This document shows positions 45,401-57,400 of a DNA stretch of 64,000 bases, piece by piece. Each line of letters begins with the position of its first letter. Within the stretch, counting starts at the first letter, position 1. A program made the translations under genes and the position numbers. The notes beneath the pieces were generated by a model, which was given only the letters and a program-made list of their open reading frames with translations, ran no database searches and was not told where the DNA came from. This stretch comes from Ranitomeya imitator. Its lineage: Eukaryota. The stretch lies in assembly GCF_032444005.1 (NCBI RefSeq), contig NC_091291.1:120900001-120964000 (forward strand). Reading direction: 5' to 3'.

Positions 45401-48400
45401 CTTTTGATTCTAGATAATTTATTGAACGATTTAGACTATGTGTATTATTAATGGTGTGTACGTCTTTACATAGTTGCTCCATACATACCGTATAGTAAAA
45501 TAAAGCACCTACAGGAATGGTAGTGACCGAAAATACTAATTTGGAGCACTGATGACAGTGACATAGTATTCTGCTTATGAAAACAATCTCCTGCAGCAGC
45601 CTATCCCCAAAGTTAGTGAGCCCCAGGTGCTGAGCTCACCCATCACTGCCATCAACTGTACTCCAAATGACTACATTCTGATTATTAATGTAGCTGAAAG
45701 CAAATAGTTTGGGGGAAAGCCAGGGTTTGGAAGTCACTTATGTGCAGTTTATTTCCATGAAAGAATTCATATCCTTTAATATAGTGATTTGCACACAAAT
45801 ATATAAATATAAATATGAACGTTTAGTTACTCTTCAACATTGAAAAGTCATTTTCTCCTTCGCCTCATTGGGGGCCACAGCCCGTGGTGTTTGCTGCTGA
45901 CACTAAGTGATACAAAGAAAGTTCTCTCCTCCCCTGCAGTATACACCTCCTGCCGGCTCTCAGCTCCTCCCCCGCAGTATACACCTCCTGCTGGTTCTCA
46001 GCTCCTCCCCTGCAGTATACACCCTCCTGCTGGCTCTCGGCTCCTCCCCTGCAGTATACACCCTCCTGCTGGCTCTCAGCTCCTCTCCTGCAGTATACAC
46101 CTCCTGCTGGCTCTCAGCTCCTCCCCTGCAGTGTACACCCTCCTGCTGGCTCTCAGCTCCTCCCCTGCAGTATACACCTCCTGCTGGCTCTCAGCTCCTC
46201 CCCTGCAGTGTACACCCTCCTGCTGGCTCTCAGCTCCTCCCCTGCAGTATACACCTCCTGCTGGCTCTCAGCTCCTCCCCTGCAGTGTACACCCTCCTGC
46301 TGGCTCTCAGCTCCTCTCCTGCAGTATACACCTCCTGCTGGCTCTCAGCTCCTCCCCTGCAGTGTACACCCTCCTGCTGGCTCTCAGCTCCTCCCCTGCA
46401 GTATACACCTCCTGCTGGCTCTCCGCTCCTCCCCTGCAGTATACACCCTCCTGCTGGCTCTCAGCTCCTCCCCTGCAGTGTACACCTCCTGCTGGCTCTC
46501 CGCTCCTCCCCTGCAGTATACACCTCCTGCTGGCTCTCAGCTCCTCCCCTGCAGTATACACCTCCTGCTGGCTCTCAGCTCCTCCCCTGCAGTATACACC
46601 TCCTGCTGGCTCTCAGCTCCTCTCCTGCAGTATACACCTCCTGCTGGCTCTCAGCTCCTCCCCTGCAGTGTACACCTCCTGCTGGCTCTCCGCTCCTCCC
46701 CTGCAGTATACACCTCCTGCTGGCTCTCAGCTCCTCTCCTGCAGTATACACCTCCTGCTGGCTCTCAGCTCCTCTCCTGCAGTATACACCTCCTGCTGGC
46801 TCTCAGCTCCTCCCCTGCAGTGTACACCTCCTGCTGGCTCTCCGCTCCTCCCCTGCAGTATACACCTCCTGCTGGCTCTCAGCTCCTCTCCTGCAGTATA
46901 CACCTCCTGCTGGCTCTCAGCTCCTCTCCTGCAGTATACACCTCCTGCTGGCTCTCCGCTCCTCCCCTGCAGTATACACCTCCTGCTGGCTCTCAGCTCC
47001 TCCCCTGCAGTATACACCCTCCTGCTGGCTCTCAGCTCCTCCCCTGCAGTATACACCCTCCTGCTGGCTCTCAGCTCCTCCCCTGCAGTATACACCTCCT
47101 GCTGGCTCTCAGCTCCTCCCCTGCAGTATACACCCTCCTGCTGGCTCTCAGCTCCTCCCCTGCAGTATACACCCTCCTGCTGGCTCTCAGCTCCTCCCCT
47201 GCAGTATACACCCTCCTGCTGGCTCTCAGCTCCTCCCCTGCAGTATTCACCCTCCTGCTGGCTCTCAGCTCCTCCTCTGCAGTATACACCTCCTGCTGGC
47301 TCTCAGCTCCTCCCCTGCAGTGTACACCTCCTGCTGGCTCTCAGCTCCTCCCCTGCAGTATACACCTCCTGCTGGCTCTCAGCTCCTCCCCTGCAGTATA
47401 CACCCTCCTGCTGGCTCTCAGCTCCTCCCCTGCAGTATACACCCTCCTGCTGGCTCTCAGCTCCTCCCCTGCAGTGTACACCCTCCTGCTGGCTCTCAAC
47501 TCCTCCCCTGCAGTATACAGCCTCCTGCTGGCTCTCAGCTCCTCCCCTGCAGTATACACCCTCCTGCTGGCTCTCAGCTCCTCCCCTGCAGTATACACCT
47601 CCTGCTTCCTCTCAGCGCCTCCCCTGCAGTATACACCTCCTGCTGGCTCTCAGCTCCTCCCCTGCAGTATACACCTCCTGCTGGCTCTCAGCTCCTCCCC
47701 TGCAGTATACACCCTCCTGCTTCCTCTCAGCTCCTCCCCTGCAGTATACACCTCCTGCTGGCTCTCAGCTCCTCTCCTGCAGTATACACCTCCTGCTGCT
47801 CTCAGCTCCTCCCCTGCAGTATACACCTCCTGCTGGCTCTCAGCTCCTCCCCTGCAGTATACACCCTCCTGCTGGCTCTCAGCTCCTCCCCTGCAGTATA
47901 CACCTCCTGCTGGCTCTCGGCTCCTCCCCTGCAGTATACACTTTCCTGCTGGCTCTCGGCTCCTCCCCTGCAGTATACACCTCCTGCTGGCTCTCGGCTC
48001 CTCCTTTGCAGTATACACCTCCTGCTGGCTCTCGGCTCCTCCTTTGCAGTATACACCTCCTGCTGGCTCTCGGCTCCTCCCCTGCAGTATACACCCTCCT
48101 GCTGGCTCTCAGCTCCTCCCCTGCAGTATACACCCTCCTGCTGGCTCTCGGCTCCTCCTTTGCAGTATACACCTCCTGCTGGCTCTCGGCTCCTCCCCTG
48201 CAGTATACACCTCCTGCTGGCTCTCGGCTCCTCCCCTGCAGTATACACCCTCCTGCTGGCTCTCAGCTCCTCCCCTGCAGTATACACCCTCCTGCTGGCT
48301 CTCGGCTCCTCCCCTGCAGTATTCACCCTCCTGCTGGCTCTCGGCTCCTCCCCTGCAGTATACACCCTCCTGCTGGCTCTCGGCTCCTCCCCTGCAGTGT

Positions 48401-51400
48401 ACACCCCCCTGCTGGCTCTCAGCTCCTCCCCTGCAGTATACACCCTCCTGCTGGCTCTCAGCTCCTCCCCTGCAGTATACACCCTCCTGCCGGCTCTCAG
48501 CTCCTCCCCTGCAGTATACACCTCCTGCTGGCTCTCGGCTCCTCCCCTGCAGTATACACCCTCCTGCTGGCTCTCAGCTCCTCCCCTGCAGTATACACCT
48601 CCTGCTGGCTCTCGGCTCCTCCCCTGCAGTATACACCTCCTGCTGTCTCTCGGCTCCTCCCCTGCAGTATACACCTCCTGCTGGCTCTCGGCTCCTCCCC
48701 TGCAGTATACACCTCCTGCTGGCTCTCAGCTCCTCCCCTGCAGTATACACCTCCTGCTGGCTCTCAGCTCCTCCCCTGCAGTATATACCTCCTGCTGGCT
48801 CTCGGCTCCTCCCCTGCAGTATACACCCTCCTGCTGGCTCTCAGCTCCTCCCCTGCAGTATACACCCTCCTGCTGGCTCTCGGCTCCTCCCCTGCAGTAT
48901 TCACCCTCCTGCTGGCTCTCGGCTCCTCCCCTGCAGTATACACCCTCCTGCTGGCTCTCGGCTCCTCCCCTGCAGTATTCACCCTCCTGCTGGCTCTCGG
49001 CTCCTCCCCTGCAGTATACACCCTCCTGCTGGCTCTCAGCTCCTCCCCTGCAGTATACACCTCCTGCTGGCTCTCAGCTCCTCCCCTGCAGTATACACCT
49101 CCTGCTGGCTCTCAGCTCCTCCCCTGCAGTATACACCCTCCTGCTGGCTCTCAGCTCCTCCCCTGCAGTATACACCCTCCTGCCGGCTCTCAGCTCCCCT
49201 GCAGTATACACCTCCTGCTGGCTCTCGGCTAACCAGTTCTTGCTTAGTGCCTGTAGGAGGCACATGGGTCTGTTTCAGACCCCAACGTTTTTATTTTACT
49301 TTTCTGTAAATTTGTATTTTGTAATTAACGGAGTGAAGGGGGTGACGGATCCTTTCAAGGTTCCGATCTTCCCCGAACCATCAACAGGCGAGCACGGCGA
49401 GTATACCTCCCCGTACCCTCTCCTGTGACGTGGGAAGCCATGCCTGAGCTCACTTCAGGGGCGACGGTTCCTTTCATGGTCCCGATCTCCCCACACCAGC
49501 AGCAGGCTACCACATGGAGTGTCACCTCCATGTATCCTCTCCTGGAGCCAGGCCTAATGCCGGACAACTGGCCCTGTTCACCTGGCGACTGAACTCCGTG
49601 GATGTACAGAGGCCCCTCTCTATGGCGTCCGAGCAGCCCCCACTGTCCCACCACTGTGAAAGCGGATGGCACAAGGAGGCGGACGGGTCCTCTCCACCTC
49701 CCTAACAAACGGATGGTGGATTGAGGTTTATCCCTGCACCGTCCACACTGCAATACCCGACCTGCAGTCATCCGCGGCGGCTCCATGCCGGGACGCGCAC
49801 CGATGGTGAGTGGATCCAGTCAGCGGTGGGCCTCTGCAGCGGGATATTCACATGCTGACAGGCAGCCTCAGCTTCCCTGTGGCCCACCTCCCTGAGGTAA
49901 CGCTCCAGCCGGCTGCAAAAATTTAGCCCCCGGCTTCGGCCGATGTGTAGGCCGCAACCCAGAAGCGCACTATGGCGCCCTAAGATGGTTCCGCCCGCTT
50001 TTCTTGCGCTTCTCGCCTGGCACGGAAGCGCTCAATTTTCTCGGCCACAACGCCCCTCACTTCTACCGCTGGTATCGCTCCCGCAGGTGCAGGAATTTAG
50101 GCCCCGGCTTGGGCCTGTTCATGGAAGTCTCGAGGCTCCACCCCCCCGAATTGGCGCTTCTCGCCCTCTGCAAGATTTTATCACCTCTGCAACTCCCAGT
50201 GGCCATCTTGGTCCACCCGGCCGGCTCACACAGGGGCGACGACTTTGTATTAACCCCTTTCTGACCTCGGACGGGATAGTACATCCGAGGTCAGAAGCCC
50301 CGCTTTGATGTGGGCTCCGGCGGTGAGCCCGCATCAAAGCCGGGACATGTCAGCTGTTTTGAACAGCTGACATGTGCCCGTAATAGGCGCAGGCAGAATC
50401 GCGATCCACCCGCCGCTATTAACTAGTTAAATGCCGCTGTCAAACGCAGACAGCGGCATTTAACTACCGCTTCCGGCCGGGCGGCCGGAAATGATCGTAT
50501 CGCCGACCCCCGTCACATGATCGGAGGTCGGCGATGCTTGTACATTGTAACCATAGAGGTCCTTGAGACCTCTATGGTTACTGATCACCGGCAGCTGTGA
50601 GCACCACCCTGTGGTCGGCGCTCACAGCACACCTGCAATTCTGCTACATAGCAGCGAACATCAGATCGCTTCTATGTAGCAGAGGCGATCGAGTTGTGCC
50701 TGCTTCTAGCCTCCTATGGAGGCTATTGAAGCATGACAAAAGTAAAAAAAAATAATAAAAAAAAATGTGAAAAAAATAAAATATAAAAGTTTAAATCACC
50801 CCCCTTTCGCCCCAGTCAAAATAAGTCAATAAAAAAAATCAATCTTACAAATATTTGGTATCGCCGCGTTCAGAATCGCCCGATCTATCAATAAAAAAAA
50901 AGCATTAACCTGATCGCTAAACGGCGTAGCGAGAAAAAAATTCGAAACGCCAGAATTCCTTTTTTTTGGTCGCTGCGACATTGCATTAAAATGCAATAAT
51001 GGGCGATCAAAAGAACGTATCTGCACTGAAGTGGTATAATTAAAAACTCCAGCTCGGAACGCAAAAAATAAGCCCTCAACCGACCCAGATCATGAAAAAT
51101 GGAGACGCTACGAGTATCGGAAAATGGCGCAATTTTTTTTTTTTTTTTAGCAAAGTTTGGAATTTTTTTTCACCACTTAGATAAAAAATAACCTAGACAT
51201 GTTTGGTGTCTATGAACTCGTACTGACCTGGAGAATCACAATGGCAGCTCAGTTTTAGCAGTTAGTGAACCTAGCAAAAAAGCCAAACAAAAAACAAGTG
51301 TGGGATTGCACTTTTTTTTGCAATTTCACTGCACTTGGAATTTTTTTCCCGTTTTCTAGTACATGACATGGTAAAACCAATGGTGTTGTTCAAAAGTACA

Positions 51401-54400
51401 ACTCGTCCCGCAAAAAATAAGCCCTCACATGACCATATTGACGAAAAAATAAAAAAATTATGGCTCTGGGAAGGAGGGGAGTGAAACATGAACACGGAAA
51501 AACGGAAAATCCCAATGTCATGAAGGGGTTAAAGGAGCACAACGACTCTGCACATGGCATGATTAAGGCATGACCCTGGTCTTAAAGGCACATGACCAGT
51601 ATTCTCTGGTCTTAAAGGCACATAACCAGTATTCCCTGGTCTCAAAGGCACACGACCAGTATTCCCTGGTCTTAGAGGCACACGACCAGTATTCCCTGGT
51701 CTTAAAGGCACACGACCAGTATTCCCTGGTCTTAAAGGCACACGACCAGTATTCCCTGGTCTTAAAGGCACACGACCAGTATTCCCTGGTCTTAAAGGCA
51801 CACGACCAGTATTCCCTGGTCACATGACCAATCCGAAGCCGGTCACCCTAAATGAGTTCAGGAGCCCTCTGCCACTGATCCCAGTTTTTCCCAGTGTACC
51901 TAGTTCCCTCAGGACTTCATCACTGCCGCAACCCATGGTTTCTCTGACCAAGAGATTGAAACCCTCCGTGGCTCGGAGTGCTCGCAGGACCGATATACAT
52001 GGTCCCTCTCCTACATGGGATCCGTCGGGTACCAGGGGCCGCAAGTATTCTAGAAACGTACAGGCATCTAGAAAAAGAAAGTTTTCATTTCATGATCTCT
52101 CTCTCCAAGGATTTGCTGAGGGATGTACAAAGGCAACATGGATCGGATATTGCCTTGGACCTGGACTTGCCAGAGCTTCAGTAAATGATGAACGCTCCTA
52201 TTTATATCATCAACCAATCTCTGTACATTGACGAGGACTCCGGTTCTGCTCTACACTACGCAGTGTCCCTCATAAGGAGACTAAACTCCCTCGTAGAGCA
52301 TTTGCCATTCAGTCCAGATATGCGATTCACTGGACAGAAGCCTCTACGTGGGATGCCATGCCTGGTCTGATTTTTAAGAGCGACGGGTCCTTTAAAGGGC
52401 TCCAATCTCCCCACACTATCAACAGACGAGCACACGGAGTGTCGCCTCCATGTATCCTCTTCTGCATCCAGACCTAACGCCAGACAACCTGTCCTGTCCA
52501 CCCGGAGACCTGAACTCTGTGGATGTACAGAGGCACCCTTTTCAGGCGTCTGAGCACCCCCTCTGCATCACCACTATTTAGCAGAAGATGCAAGAAGGCG
52601 GACAATCCCTCTCCACTTCCCTGTTAAGAGGATGATGGATCGAGGGTTCCTAATTTTTATCTGCACCGTCAAAAGAGAGCGGCGATGGCAAGAGACTATG
52701 ACCTGCTGGATGCAGCCGCACATTCTGCCACTTGGCAGATTAATCGGGTAGAATCTCCTGTTGTATACCTACCAATATACCTGCCTGATGTGTCATCAAT
52801 TGAAAATACCACAGACTGTCAAATAGCATCTGGTTCGTTCCATTTTGCGGCTTCGGGCCCAGAGCTCTACCCTCCCTAGCCGCCGCATGGATTGCTAGAG
52901 CAATGGTCTCCTGGCTGGAGACCTTAACTACTTTGATTCACACCAGTAACCTTTTCCTGAAGACAGTACAACTGGCCAATCAAATCTTTTGAGCGGGAGA
53001 CTAACAAAGGATCGTACGTCCCTACAGCCCCAACCGGCAGTGGAAGGGTTGTCTAGAACAGTCTAGATCTAAGGGATCTTGATTCCAAAAAGGGGAACGA
53101 AAAGTAAGACCGATCCTGGACCTCAAACTTCTAACAACCTTTGACATGGTCCTCCTTCTTCGAATGGAATTCCTCTGCTCAGCCATTACTTCAACAGAAA
53201 AAGGTGGAGTTTCTGGCATCCATCGACATTCGGGATGCTTACCCTCTTCAAAAATTTCCTTCGCTTTTCCATTCGTGAACAGCATTTTCAAGTCACGACC
53301 TTGTCCTTCGGCTTTGCTACCGCACCCAGAGTGTTCGCAAGACTCATGGTGGCTGTCATGTTCCTGTTGCACCCTAGAGGCGTGCTCGTCCTGCCCTGTT
53401 TGGCCGACTGTCTTGACGCCCTTCCAGGACTACACTGAGTCATCTATATCACTTGCGATACCCTCTCACCTGGGCTGGCATCTAAACTTAGACAAGTTCT
53501 CCTCATTTCCAGCCCAGCAGATATCCTTTTTGAGGATGATCCTGCACACTTCTAGAAGGATGGTAATCCTCCCTCGAGATAAGGTCATGGCCCTTCAACA
53601 TGGAGCTCGCGCATGTGATCACTCACCTCCTCATTTCATTCGATTTGCTGGGAGGGTTCTGAGGAAAAATGGTGACGACAATGGAAGCGGTTTCCTTCGC
53701 TCCATTCGTTTTCAGCAAGTCAAACAGACTTTCAGACGATAGTCTCTGAGCTCCTTCTTCATCCAGGGCCTTTCTCCTGGTTCCATGGTTATTAGTAACT
53801 ACCAATGCCAGTCTTCTTCTCCTGATCATTGCTCTGGAGATCTCAATGGTAGTCCTACAGCAGGTCCACTGCCTTCTGGCGGGTCAACCCATCCGAATTC
53901 AATTGGACAATGCCACGGCTGTGCCATACGTCAATCATCTAGCAGGTACTCACGGTCAGGCGCCATGGCCGAGGTACCTCACATTCTCTGATGGGCCGAG
54001 ACCTATCATTTGGTGATCTCGGCAGTACATATCCCAGGAGTAGAACTCTGGGCGGCGAACACATTCAGCCGTCAGGGTTTCGCCTCAAGTGAGTGGGAAC
54101 TTCACCCGGAGGTCTTCCATCAGACCTGCCTTCACTGGAGCTCTCCAGTTGTAGATCGGAGGGCGTCCAGATTGATCGCCAATGTACTTGAGTTCGTGGT
54201 TCGACCTCAAGATCCAAGAGCCATCGCACTGCATGCTCTGGTTCTTCCGTGGCACCAGTTTCCATAACTCCCCTTCCACTACTTCCGAAAGCCTTTCAGA
54301 AACAGAAAGGGCCCCAGTGATCCTCGGAAATCCGCACTGACCACGTCAGTTGTTTGCTTGCGGAGCTGGTAGCTTTCCGCCTTTCTGCAACAAAACTGCA

Positions 54401-57400
54401 AGTAGGGACTTTCTCGCAGGGAGTCTTCACACATAGTTCTTCTCTATCACATACCGTTAGATCATTGGGACCTTAATGGTCCTAGGAGTCTTACTGTAGA
54501 CTCCTTTTTGATCCGGACAAACTTTACTATCAGGGAAGGTCCCCCTTTTTTCCTCTGCAATATCCTCATCCTGACGAGTCTTCAGAGCTAGCTGCTCAGT
54601 TCTTTCAGACCTTTTTCCCTTATTTCCTTCAAGGCAAGGTTGTCCTCAGGCCATCCCCGTCCCTTGTTACCAAGGTGGTATTGTATGACCACTCTTATGA
54701 GGGCATAGTTCTTCCCTCATCTCTTTCTGCACCAGTCCACAAGATGGAATGAGTTCCCCATATTCCGGTCAAAGTGAGTGCTCTGAGTAGGTACGTCTCA
54801 AGGACAGCGTCCTTCCGAAGGTTGGACACTTTAACTTGGACTTCCTGACATTTACAGGAAGTGTTAGCCGTTTCACGGCCATGTTAGCCTGGTGGATTCC
54901 TTTCACCATCCTGGAGTCCTTCCGTGTTAGATGTCAGGCTATCTCCCTGTCTCTCGTGGGTTCTAGGCACCAGGCGTCGACAAGGCACACCTGCAAGCTT
55001 GCAGATTCGTCCAGTCCGCATGCATTCTTGAAGCACTATAATTCCCACACTTTCACAGATGGGAGTCTGGGCAGGCGGACTCTGCAGGCCGTGGTTGCGC
55101 ACTTGTAAGTAGCGGTTACACAGGGCCTGATCTGATGTTGTCCCCACCCAGGGACTGCTTTGGGACGTCCCACGGTCTGTGTCCCCCAATGAGGCGAATG
55201 AGAAATAGGGATTTTTGTGTACTCACCGTAAAATCCTTTTCTCCGAGCCATTCATTGGGGGACACAGCTCCCACCCTGGTATTAGCTTATGCTTGTTTTA
55301 TAATTGGATATGCTATACTCTCATATATAATATGACATGCTGTAAGCTCAATCTGATATGCTATACTCTCATATATAATATGACATGCTGTGAGCTCATA
55401 TGTTGTTATTGATCTACTGCTTTTGCACCAAACTGGTTAGCTGAGAGCCAGCAGGAGGGTGTATACTGCAGAGGAGGAGCGAACTTTCTTAGTATCACTT
55501 AGTGTCAGCATCCTAGTGGCAGCAGCATACACCCACGGTCCTGTGTCCACCAATGAATGGCTCGGAGAAAAGGATTTTATGGTGAGTACACAAAAATCCC
55601 TATTCATTACATTCAAACTTTTCTGATTTTCTTTTTTTTCTTCAAATATTTATTAATCTCTGCATGAAAACCTGTTGATCACATGGAGACACTCAGCCGA
55701 CTCTTCTCCCCATGCTCGGCTCAGTTTTCTGAATATTTTTTTTTTTAATAAGAGAACAAATCTAGATTCTGTGCTTCGGCCGATGTAAAACTGTTAGTCA
55801 TTTTCCTTTAAACACCATAAATAAATGTCTTTTCAAGATAATTGATGAATAAAATAACGATTTCATTTTTCTTTTCTCACTCAGATTGAATTAATGCGAA
55901 ATGCACAGAATAACTGTCCAGCCAAAATCTATGTGTATCATATATTGAAATTTCCAGACTTTCAGGTATATTAATCTGCCGGACAGCACTGGTGTAATTT
56001 GTACTTCCATTTTTGCTTGATGCTACTAAATGGGAGCCAGTAATAGTAGGATCCTAGCCCTCAGACCCTCTGCAATTTGCAAGGTATCCCGTGCATGATG
56101 ATCGTGCAGTTGTTTTTGCTTTCATCCTTTGTGTGTGAGCATTGTGCTCTGATCTTCAGTCAGAGCATCAATACACACTAGTGACCCGGTGCCATTGGAA
56201 GCCATGAAAATGCCACACCTGGAATCCGCTCCAGACCTTTTACCTACTCAATTGATTATAGATTAACAAGGGACTAGCCCAGGCAGCCCACTAAAAAGCT
56301 TTTGAGATACCGTAATTGTCCAATTACTTTTGGTCCCTTTTAAAAAGAGGCAGCTACATATTAAAGAGCTGTAGTTCCTAAACCCTTACTCCAATTACAA
56401 TGCTAATATCCCCCCAAAAAACCTTAGTGTCTGCATTTTAAGCCCTTATTGATTACTTAAATGTATCTTGAATATGTTTTGGTAAACGGGTGAAATACAA
56501 AAACTTTTGTCACAGTCCAGATATTTCTAGACCTAAGGCCCTGGCCTGGTCCGCTTGCCATAGGATGTTAATATTGTATAACTTTTTAATGATTAGCTAA
56601 TCATTCTTAATAAGGGATTATTCTTTTTGTAATTTTTGATATTATGTTTTTTGTTGTTGTTGTGGTTCTTTGGTACAGCTTTTTTGCATTGATTTATGAT
56701 CCCAAACCCTACAATGCTCTTTTATATTAGGCATTTTCTTCTCAAATCGGTGTTCAAAAGTTTTATTTTTTAATTCAATATGGAGGTAATTTAAATTTGT
56801 ATTATTTTTTTTTTAATTATCATTATTTTTATTAATAATTCTTCCTATATAATCTATGTATTTTTATGTTTTAGATTGCAAAGAAGACAAGAAGGCAAAT
56901 GAAAGAGGCATCAAGAAAAATCAGAGATTCATTAGAGCAAAATTCCAAGTTGAACCACAGTTACATAATTCTTTTTCCACAGTTATCGCCCCATGAGAAC
57001 CATCCTGTAGATGAGGAGGTAAGTTATGTTTTCCAAATTATTTGTAGCAGAACGTGTAATGAACTCCGTGTGCAATCTTTAACCTGATCCCTGTCGTCTT
57101 TAATCACCCCAATCATCTACTTATGATCCCGGTCCTGAGTTATGGTTATTATTCACATTCATATATAACTCATCCCACAGTAATAATGCTGGGTTCCCGG
57201 TGCGGCAAGAAATGGTCCTTTTTTCCTTTTTAACCGTGATTAAAAAAAAAAAAAAAAACAGTACTTATTGTGCTCAAGCATGAAAGGTTGATACTCCTCC
57301 ATTAAGTGTTCCTCTGCCTGTGACCACGTGCATTTTGTCTCCTTGTTCATCCAGACAGCATCACCTCATCACGAGGAAAGATCCTAAACCAGTAGTGCAA

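Larger units (their letters stand above)
45852..55604 (+). mobile_element. Decayed DIRS copy B (same family as A) with intact termini
   Basis: Left end TTTCTCCTTCGCCTCATTGGGG, ICR 55169-55267, right ITR ~55410-55555, right end aaaaatccctaTT. Decayed RT, RNase H and YR at ~52800-55110. Contains a piggyBac-type insertion. Confidence 0.92.

Noticed and set aside
45840-49428. Three overlapping ORFs of 1033-1173 aa
   Set aside because: The 38/39-bp unit has no stop triplet on the + strand, so every frame stays open. The peptides cycle through the three frames of the repeat.
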